DNA from: an uncultured Spirochaetaceae bacterium
GTDB taxonomy: Bacteria > Spirochaetota > Spirochaetia > DSM-27196 > SLST01
DNA: 64,000 nucleotides
Assembly: GCA_964599075.1 (NCBI GenBank)
Contig: CAZREG010000002.1
Coordinates: 40,176-104,175, forward strand
Direction of reading: 5' to 3'
The notes under the pieces were generated by a model that was not told the origin of the DNA, did not search any database, and worked only from the letters and a program-made list of their open reading frames with translations. Within the stretch, counting starts at the first letter, position 1. Each line of letters begins with the position of its first letter. A program made the translations under genes and the position numbers. Positions 57,912-64,000 of this stretch are shown here, piece after piece.

Positions 57912-58865
57912 ATGCGTAGCCGCTTTTTCCCTATCGTACTTTATCTGGTGCTCGCGACCGCAGCACCGCTTTTCTCTCAGGACTCCGCCTGTTCGCCGGA
58001 TGCCTACTGCGTGGGCGTGCTTCGCGGTCCGACCGCTGTTGCGTTTGCGCCGCTGATCGAGGATGCCTCCATGGGCAGGCCGGCGACCCTGTCAGATGGA
58101 CGTGCCGTTGAGATTGTCGCATTTCCTACACCAAACGAGCTCATTGGCGCGTACGTTTCCGGTCGGGTAGATGCAGCAACCCTTCCAAGCAACGCTGCAG
58201 CGATTCTTGCCGGTCGTGGTCTTCCCATTGAGGTGAGCGCAACATTTCTCTGGGGCGTTCTCTACCTGGTCGGTCCGGCAGGTGAGCGTCTCTCCGAGGT
58301 AGCCGGAGAGGTAGAGACCATAGGTCGGGGCGCAACACCGGACTTCATTTTCCGTTATATCCTCAGGGAAGAGGGTCTGAGCGAGCGGGTTGTTCCCAGC
58401 TATGGATTCGCCCAGGTTGAGCTCTCTCAGCTTCTGATTGCCGGGCGTGAACGCTACGGGGTTCTTCCGGAACCTTTTGTCACACAGGTTCTGCGGCAGA
58501 ATCCCGCTCTGGGAATTGTAGCCGATCTGCAGCAGCTGTTCCGCCGCCATGCCGGAGTCCCACTCCCGCAGACGGTGCTCGTGGCCCGGCCGCAGCCGTC
58601 GGTGAGTGAGGAGCTGGTCGCTATTCTTGCCAAAAGCGTTTCGGAAGTCCTGGACAGTCCGGTCGACGCCGGCACGACGGTGGAGACACTTGGAATCGGG
58701 CTTGACGCCGCTACCGTGGTCGAGGCGCTCCCGCGGCTCAATCTCCGGGTTGAATCGGCCGCCGACAGTGAAGCGGCGCTTCGCCGCTACCTTGAGATCC
58801 TGTTCTCGTTTGCCCCGGAATCAGTGGGCGGGGCACTTCCTGAGGATTCTTTCTACGGAAGGTGA
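57912..58865 (+). CDS. Secreted periplasmic-binding-protein-like protein (NMT1/SsuA-like, tentative)
   Basis: Signal peptide MRSRFFPIVLYLVLATAAPLFS. GGAGGAG SD. The family call is weak. Confidence 0.45.
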   Translation: MRSRFFPIVLYLVLATAAPLFSQDSACSPDAYCVGVLRGPTAVAFAPLIEDASMGRPATLSDGRAVEIVAFPTPNELIGAYVSGRVDAATLPSNAAAILAGRGLPIEVSATFLWGVLYLVGPAGERLSEVAGEVETIGRGATPDFIFRYILREEGLSERVVPSYGFAQVELSQLLIAGRERYGVLPEPFVTQVLRQNPALGIVADLQQLFRRHAGVPLPQTVLVARPQPSVSEELVAILAKSVSEVLDSPVDAGTTVETLGIGLDAATVVEALPRLNLRVESAADSEAALRRYLEILFSFAPESVGGALPEDSFYGR

Positions 58866-58925
58866 ACCACTCGTGCCTGGCGCGTGGCGTCACGCAGGGG
58901 AGAATTCACCCGGTGGGAGCAGAAT

Positions 58926-58955
58926 AAAAAAAGGCTGCCGGTTACCCGGTCAGCC
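58926..58955 (-). terminator. Rho-independent terminator after the superoxide reductase gene
   Basis: Minus strand GGCTGACCGG-GTAA-CCGGCAGCC (one bulged base) followed by T7. Confidence 0.8.
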
Positions 58956-58974
58956 CCTTGGATGGCGCGGATCG

Positions 58975-59370
58975 CTATTTGATCTCGACGCGCCTGCTGG
59001 TCTCCCAGAGACCGTGGATGTTGCAATAGCTGGTTGCGATCAGCATTCCTGCCTCTTTGAAGCGAACGGTCGCCTGTGTCATGGGCTCTGTGTAAACTGC
59101 GCCCTCGTTTGCACCTTTGGTGGACTCACCGTGCGCGACAAACTTGTTCACAGAGAGCTGGTGAGCGAACTTCTCGCTGTCGGGCTTGAAGTAAAGCTCA
59201 ATCCACGCAATGTGGTGCTCAGTGGTGTTTGGATGAGCAATCTCTTTTCCAATGGACGCTGATATAGTGACCGGCTGGTCGGCAGAAACACTCTCGGGTG
59301 CTTCGATCACCGGTGCGTGTTTTTCGCTCTTGAAGTCTGCTTCCTGTAATAGTTCGCCAAATTTGGCCAT
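58975..59370 (-). CDS. Superoxide reductase (neelaredoxin/desulfoferrodoxin centre II type)
   Basis: KHAPVI, HPNTTEHHIAWIE, and SYCNIHGLW iron ligands (4 His + Cys). GGAG SD before ATG 59370. Confidence 0.85.
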   Translation of the reverse strand: MAKFGELLQEADFKSEKHAPVIEAPESVSADQPVTISASIGKEIAHPNTTEHHIAWIELYFKPDSEKFAHQLSVNKFVAHGESTKGANEGAVYTEPMTQATVRFKEAGMLIATSYCNIHGLWETSRRVEIK

Positions 59371-59480
59371 GTTTTTCTCCTCAGACTGATTTCTCGCTAT
59401 ACGAGTCTCGTCATAGTAGCATTCATTCGTTTTCATGTGAAGGCTATTTCATTAACGCGCCCGCGATCACATTAACTTCT

Positions 59481-59509
59481 TTGCCGTATATTCGATTCCT
59501 TAGTATATT
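59481..59509 (+). promoter_or_regulatory. Sigma70-type promoter of sod
   Basis: TTGCCG-N17-TATATT, then a 21-nt leader with AGGAGG. Confidence 0.45.
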
Positions 59510-59530
59510 CCTCATATAGAAGGAGGCAAT

Positions 59531-60142
59531 ATGGCGTTTCAAACACCAGATTTACCATATAGTTACGATGCTCTCGAGCCGCACATTGATGCGAAAACGA
59601 TGGAGGTGCATCATGACAAGCACCACACCGGCTACACCGGCAAGCTGAATGCAGCAGTCGAAGGTACCGAGTACGAGAGCTGGCCGATCGAAGACCTGCT
59701 GAAGAAGCTCAGTGATCTGCCGGCCGGTCTGCAGACATCCGTGCGCAATGCCGGCGGGGGCCACTACAATCACGCATTGTTCTGGCCGTTGCTCTCAGCC
59801 TCCGGTGGCGGAGCTCCGGAGGGCGAATTAGGCACGGCGGTTGAAAAGACCTGGAACAGTTTTGCGGGCTTCAAAGAGGAGTTCTCCAAGGTTGCTGCGG
59901 CGAGATTCGGAAGTGGTTGGGCGTGGCTGGTTGTGAAAGCGGACGGATCGCTTGCGGTCTACAGCACCGCCAACCAGGACAACCCCCTGTCTGAGGGAGA
60001 TACGCCCATACTTGGACTGGACGTGTGGGAGCATGCGTACTATCTGAAGTACCAGAACCGGCGCGCCGACTACATTCAGGCGTTCTTCAACCTGATCAAC
60101 TGGAAGAAGGTTGGCGAACACTACGCGGAAGCTCGATCATAG
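59531..60142 (+). CDS. sodA: Fe/Mn superoxide dismutase
   Basis: LPYSYDALEPHIDAKTMEVHHDKHH, DVWEHAYYLKYQNRRADY. The Fe versus Mn type cannot be decided by eye. Confidence 0.9.
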   Translation: MAFQTPDLPYSYDALEPHIDAKTMEVHHDKHHTGYTGKLNAAVEGTEYESWPIEDLLKKLSDLPAGLQTSVRNAGGGHYNHALFWPLLSASGGGAPEGELGTAVEKTWNSFAGFKEEFSKVAAARFGSGWAWLVVKADGSLAVYSTANQDNPLSEGDTPILGLDVWEHAYYLKYQNRRADYIQAFFNLINWKKVGEHYAEARS

Positions 60143-60193
60143 CAAGATGGGCCGGGGCCGATTGGGCTCCGGACGTTCACCGGCCGGCGTCAT

Positions 60194-60223
60194 TTGACCC
60201 GGTCGGCTATCTGCGCGTACTAT
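60194..60223 (+). promoter_or_regulatory. Sigma70-type promoter of rrf2-sufS-sufU
   Basis: TTGACC-N18-TACTAT. The -10 abuts and overlaps the 29-bp palindrome. Confidence 0.45.
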
Positions 60224-60250
60224 AAATAGGACCAGAGAGGTCCTATTTAT
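60222..60250. promoter_or_regulatory. 29-bp perfect inverted repeat, candidate Rrf2 operator (or SD/start-sequestering hairpin)
   Basis: ATAAATAGGACC-agaga-GGTCCTATTTAT. The right arm ends inside the ATG (60249) of the Rrf2 gene. Confidence 0.55.
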
Positions 60251-60668
60251 GGTACGAATCTCAAAAGCAACCGAGTACGCGCTCGCGGCAGTCCAGCATC
60301 TGGCACTCAGTGGGGCCCCGGCTTCTGCACGTGGGCTGAGTGAGCGTTACCATCTGCCGGCGGGCCTGATGGCCAAAGTTCTCCAGCGAATGGCGTCCGC
60401 CGGAATTGTGGCGAGCGTTCAGGGTGCTCACGGCGGATACTCGCTTCGGGTTTCACCGGATGAGCTCTCGTTTCTTCAGCTGTCTGAGGCAGTCGATGGC
60501 CCGTATCGCTTTGCCGGCTGTGAGGCCGACGGAACATGTGAGAGCCAGGAGCACTGTTCCGTTTCTGCGACGGTTCACCAGATGGGGGAGAGGGTCACCG
60601 AGCTTCTTTCGCACATGACAATAGGTCCGCTTTTGGATCCCAAGGAGGTACATAATGAGCACGACTGA
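60249..60668 (+). CDS. Rrf2-family transcriptional regulator (IscR/SufR-like role inferred)
   Basis: MVRISKATEYALAAVQHLA...GIVASVQGAHGGYSL winged HTH. A Cys cluster (FAGCEADGTCESQEHC) could ligate an Fe-S cluster. Confidence 0.85.
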   Translation: MVRISKATEYALAAVQHLALSGAPASARGLSERYHLPAGLMAKVLQRMASAGIVASVQGAHGGYSLRVSPDELSFLQLSEAVDGPYRFAGCEADGTCESQEHCSVSATVHQMGERVTELLSHMTIGPLLDPKEVHNEHD

Positions 60669-61899
60669 TCTGCAGAGTGCTGAACTGGGCGAGCAGGTAC
60701 GCGTAGACTTTCCCGTTCTCTCACAGAAGATGAATGGAAAGCCGCTCATCTATCTTGACAGTGGTGCCACCTCCCTCAAACCGCAGGCGGTCATAGACTC
60801 AGAGATTGCCTATCTCACCACCCTTGGCGCAACCATCCATCGAGGGGTATACGAGTTCAGTCAGCGCGCAACCACTCAGTACGACGAAACCCGCGAGAAG
60901 CTCGCCGACTTCATCAATGCAGCGGAGTCAGCGGAGGTAATCTTTACAAAGAGCGCCACCGAGGCGAGCAACATCATCGCCAGATCGTGGGGGGAGACGT
61001 ACCTGCGGCCCGGCGATGAGATCGTCACGACGGAAGTTGAGCACCACGCAAATATCATCCCATGGCAGGAGGTCTCCCGGCGAACCGGTGCGGTGCTCAG
61101 GTTCGTACCCATCGGTCCAGCAGGGGAGATAGAGCTCGAGGCGGTGAAAAGCGTTCTCAGTGACCGAACACGGCTTGTGGCCGTGACCGGGATGTCCAAC
61201 GTCACCGGCTACATGCCGGACCTGGCTGCAATTGCAGCGGCGGCTCACGAGGTAGGGGCGCTTGTGGTCGCCGACGGCGCGCAGCTTGTCAGCCACCATG
61301 CGGTGGATGTACAGGCGCTCGATCTGGATTTCCTCACGTTCAGCGGCCACAAGATGTGTGGACCCACCGGCGTGGGCGTCCTCTACGGTAAGCGCGCGCA
61401 CCTGGAGGCGATGGAACCGTTTTTGTATGGCGGAGACATGATCGTTCGGGTGAAGCGAGACATCGCTACCTACAAGCCCATTCCGGATAAGTTTGAGCCC
61501 GGAACTCCCAACATCTCCGGGGTGATCGCGCTCGGTGCGGCTATTGACTACCTGCAGGGGATAGGGATGGAAGCGATAGCCGCCCACGAGGCCGACCTGG
61601 TCGAGTATGCCCTTTCCCGCCTCGCTGAGATCCCTGAGGTGACCGTCTACGGCCCCACCGATGTCCGACGTGGAGGACTGATCAGTTTTAACCTGGGTGA
61701 TATCCACCCGCATGATGTGGGCACCGTTTTCGACCAGGAAGGTATAGCCGTACGTGCCGGATTCCACTGTGCTCAGCCGTTTATGCGCTACCTGGGCATA
61801 CACGGCACGGTCCGGGCCAGCTTCTATATCTACAACACCCGTTCAGACATTGATGCACTCGTTACCGCGCTTGGCCGGGTAAAGGAGATCTTTGCGTGA
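60655..61899 (+). CDS. sufS: Cysteine desulfurase (SufS, class II aminotransferase-V)
   Basis: IYLDSGATSLKP, FSGHKMCGPTGVGVLYG (PLP Lys), RAGFHCAQP (active-site Cys). Confidence 0.9.
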   Translation: MSTTDLQSAELGEQVRVDFPVLSQKMNGKPLIYLDSGATSLKPQAVIDSEIAYLTTLGATIHRGVYEFSQRATTQYDETREKLADFINAAESAEVIFTKSATEASNIIARSWGETYLRPGDEIVTTEVEHHANIIPWQEVSRRTGAVLRFVPIGPAGEIELEAVKSVLSDRTRLVAVTGMSNVTGYMPDLAAIAAAAHEVGALVVADGAQLVSHHAVDVQALDLDFLTFSGHKMCGPTGVGVLYGKRAHLEAMEPFLYGGDMIVRVKRDIATYKPIPDKFEPGTPNISGVIALGAAIDYLQGIGMEAIAAHEADLVEYALSRLAEIPEVTVYGPTDVRRGGLISFNLGDIHPHDVGTVFDQEGIAVRAGFHCAQPFMRYLGIHGTVRASFYIYNTRSDIDALVTALGRVKEIFA

Positions 61900-62327
61900 A
61901 TCTGGGAGACGATCTGTACCAGGAAATAATCCTGGACAATTACAAGAGCACGAAAAACCGCCACCCGCTGGAGAATCCCAGTTTCCGTCAGGAGGGGGTA
62001 AATCCTTCATGTGGAGACGATATCGAGCTCTTCATAAAGACCGATGGCGACATTATCACTGATGTCAGCTACGAGGGTATGGGCTGCTCGATCTGCCTGG
62101 CCAGTGCGAACATGCTCTGCGAGGCGTTGCGTGGGTCGAGTGTGGCTCAGGCCACCGAGCTGCTGGACCGGGTCAAGGGCATGCTCACCCGAAAGGAAGA
62201 GCCCGATTTCCCGGACGGCGCCGAGGATCTGGAATCAATTCAGGGAATTGCGAACTATCCCGTGCGGATAAAGTGTGCGCTGTTGAGCTGGACAACACTC
62301 GAGCAAATTCTTGGCCAGATGAAATAG
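61896..62327 (+). CDS. sufU: SufU-type (IscU-like) sulfur-transfer/Fe-S scaffold protein
   Basis: NPSCGDDIELF, GMGCSICLASA, YPVRIKCALL. Confidence 0.85.
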   Translation: MNLGDDLYQEIILDNYKSTKNRHPLENPSFRQEGVNPSCGDDIELFIKTDGDIITDVSYEGMGCSICLASANMLCEALRGSSVAQATELLDRVKGMLTRKEEPDFPDGAEDLESIQGIANYPVRIKCALLSWTTLEQILGQMK

Positions 62328-62389
62328 AGAGATGAATGGCCGTTGACAGCGCCCGACAAGCCTGAGTAGGCTAGCCGCAGGAGGAAGTG

Positions 62390-63136
62390 ATGTACAAGGT
62401 AGTGTTGCTCCGTCACGGCGAGAGCGTCTGGAACAAAGAAAACAGGTTTACCGGGTGGACCGATGTAGACCTCTCAGAGAAGGGGACCGTAGAGGCGAGA
62501 AATTCCGGTGAGCTGATGAAGGCCGGAGGGTTTGTCTTTGACGTAGCCTTCACGAGCGTCCTTAAGCGGGCTATCAGGACGCTTCACATAGCGTTGGACG
62601 TGATGGATCAGCACTGGATTCCTGAGGTAAAGAACTGGCGACTCAACGAGCGTCACTACGGTGCTCTGCAAGGTCTCAACAAGGCGGAGACCGCAGCAAA
62701 GTTTGGGGATGAGCAGGTGCACATCTGGCGCCGCAGTTACGCCACCCCGCCACCGGAGCTCGAAGTTGACGACGAGCGATACCCCGGCAAGGATCCACGC
62801 TATGCAGACCTTGATACAGCAGACGTGCCAAAAACTGAGTGTCTCAAGGATACTGTTGACCGGTTTCTGCCATTCTGGCACTCAGATATCGCTCCCGCAA
62901 TCGAGAGCGGCAAACGCGTAATTATTGCCGCACACGGCAACAGCCTGCGGGCGCTGGTGAAGTATCTGGACAACATCAGTGATGAAGACATCCCCGGCCT
63001 CAATATTCCAACCGGTGTCCCGCTGGTGTACGAACTTGATGATCAGCTAAAACCCATCAAGAACTACTATCTTGGTGATCAGGAAGCAATTGAGGCAGCC
63101 GCCAGCGCGGTCGCAAACCAGGGCAAAGCGAAGTAG
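62390..63136 (+). CDS. gpmA: 2,3-bisphosphoglycerate-dependent phosphoglycerate mutase
   Basis: [55 protein letters not shown] before ATG 62390. Confidence 0.95.
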   Translation: MYKVVLLRHGESVWNKENRFTGWTDVDLSEKGTVEARNSGELMKAGGFVFDVAFTSVLKRAIRTLHIALDVMDQHWIPEVKNWRLNERHYGALQGLNKAETAAKFGDEQVHIWRRSYATPPPELEVDDERYPGKDPRYADLDTADVPKTECLKDTVDRFLPFWHSDIAPAIESGKRVIIAAHGNSLRALVKYLDNISDEDIPGLNIPTGVPLVYELDDQLKPIKNYYLGDQEAIEAAASAVANQGKAK

Positions 63137-63157
63137 CAGCCGGCGATCCTTCAGGCA

Positions 63158-63175
63158 GTGGGCGCGCGCGCCCAC
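63158..63175. repeat. 18-nt perfect GC-rich palindrome between convergent gpmA and the CE7 esterase gene
   Basis: GTGGGCGCG|CGCGCCCAC. No flanking U/A tract. Confidence 0.6.
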
Positions 63176-63180
63176 GTACC

Positions 63181-64000
63181 TTAGAGCCCCATCATGAACG
63201 TGAAGATCGTGTCCTGCGATCCCGGCAGGTTCTCGTGTCTGAAGTCAGGATAGATCACCATATCCTTGGGCGCAGTAATCGCGTTGTAGGCTGCGAACTG
63301 GGTTGACGGCGGGCAGACCGTGTCCATGAGACCGGTCAACATGAGCGTCTGCGCCTGGATACGGTCGCTCAGGTTGTGAACGTCTATATAGCCAAGACGC
63401 CTGAAGTACTCATCCTCGTTCTCGTGGGTGGGGTCGAAGTGGCGAAAGAACGTCTGGAGTTCCTCGTACGCGCGCTGTGCGAGATCCATCTCCCAGACTC
63501 TTTGGTAGTCTGAGAGAAAGGGATAGACTGGGGCACATCGCTTGATTCGCGGTTCAAGGCTCGCACATGCAAGGGCCAGGCCCCCGCCCTGGGAGCCTCC
63601 GGTGGCGCCCACCCGCGACTGGTCCACCTCTTCCATTTCCATGACCATGTGGGCAAGGCGCACGGTATCCAGGAATATCGATCTGTAGAGCAGTTTTTCC
63701 TCTCCTTCGAGCAGGCCGCGAACGATATGGCCGTGCCGCGTGTCCCCGCGAACCCCTCCGGTGTCCTCGCTCTCTCCTGCCTGGCCGCGGCAGTCAAGCG
63801 CTGCGGTGACGAAGCCGGCACCGGCCCAGCGCAGGTACTCGCTCCAGTCTCCGGCTCGAAAGGAGTAGCCGTGGAAGTGGAGGACCGCCGGCACCGGCCC
63901 GGTTCTGCCGACCGGTTTCAGCAGCTTCGCGTGAATACGGGCGCCTCCCACTCCGGTGAAGAAGAGGTCGTAGCACTCCGCCTGGGGTGCGGTAAATGAC
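63181..64000 (-). CDS. CE7 acetyl-xylan esterase / cephalosporin-C deacetylase family (N-terminus beyond the window)
   Basis: HFHGY, RGQ, nucleophile elbow GGSQGGGLALA, and a C-terminal HE. The frame stays open upstream of the track start to nt 64000 (SFTAPQAECYDLFFTG). Confidence 0.8.
   Translation of the reverse strand, partial: SFTAPQAECYDLFFTGVGGARIHAKLLKPVGRTGPVPAVLHFHGYSFRAGDWSEYLRWAGAGFVTAALDCRGQAGESEDTGGVRGDTRHGHIVRGLLEGEEKLLYRSIFLDTVRLAHMVMEMEEVDQSRVGATGGSQGGGLALACASLEPRIKRCAPVYPFLSDYQRVWEMDLAQRAYEELQTFFRHFDPTHENEDEYFRRLGYIDVHNLSDRIQAQTLMLTGLMDTVCPPSTQFAAYNAITAPKDMVIYPDFRHENLPGSQDTIFTFMMGL

Noticed and set aside
63158-63175. The GC palindrome as a bidirectional Rho-independent terminator
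   Set aside because: It is a perfect palindrome with no loop and no U/A tract on either side. It is recorded only as a repeat.

Overview
The window looks like core chromosome of a high-GC, probably free-living spirochaete. The evidence is periplasmic-flagellum genes: two FlaB core flagellins beginning MIINHN, two FlaA sheath proteins with Sec signal peptides, and FliW-CsrA. All protein calls rest on motifs read by eye in the supplied ORF translations. No database search was run. I call 66 protein-coding genes.

Gene content, in order:
- nnr, a Nudix hydrolase, glgC and glgA. A YprA/MrfA-like DUF1998 helicase and a YprB/MrfB-like exonuclease sit between the two glg genes on the opposite strand.
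- A GH3 hydrolase and trxB.
- A late-flagellar operon: flgN-like, flgK, flgL, fliW, csrA.
- tsaB and tsaE.
- A minus-strand filament cluster: flaB, flaB, flaG, fliD, a 293-aa unknown, a PilZ protein and an 88-aa unknown. A second PilZ (PlzA-like)/TPR operon lies next to it.
- zapA and a zapB-like gene, rplT-rpmI-infC, metXW, two flaA genes, tatD.
- A maltodextrin locus with malEFG-like transporter genes, a GH57 lipoprotein, two GH13 enzymes, two LacI regulators and one MarR regulator.
- A CDF transporter, a formylglycine-generating enzyme coupled to an ABM domain protein, ilvC, a D-Ala-D-Ala carboxypeptidase, superoxide reductase next to Fe/Mn SOD, rrf2-sufS-sufU, gpmA, and a CE7 esterase cut by the window edge.

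I saw no rRNA, tRNA, CRISPR array, transposase, integrase or obvious compositional island. I did not find a clear novel multigene system such as a defence island.

Features the gene list does not explain, most interesting first:
1. A consensus-perfect sigma28 promoter upstream of flaB that points away from it. It leads into a GGA-rich short transcript or 32-codon sORF.
2. GGA-loop hairpins plus GGA-containing SD sequences in both flaB leaders, matching the CsrA/FliW partner-switch design.
3. A recurring leaderless-mRNA promoter geometry, with the -10 hexamer followed by 6 nt and then ATG or GTG.
4. A G9 homopolymer in a divergent promoter region next to a c-di-GMP receptor gene.
5. A tsaE gene with no canonical start codon.
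6. Candidate operators for the LacI and Rrf2 regulators.
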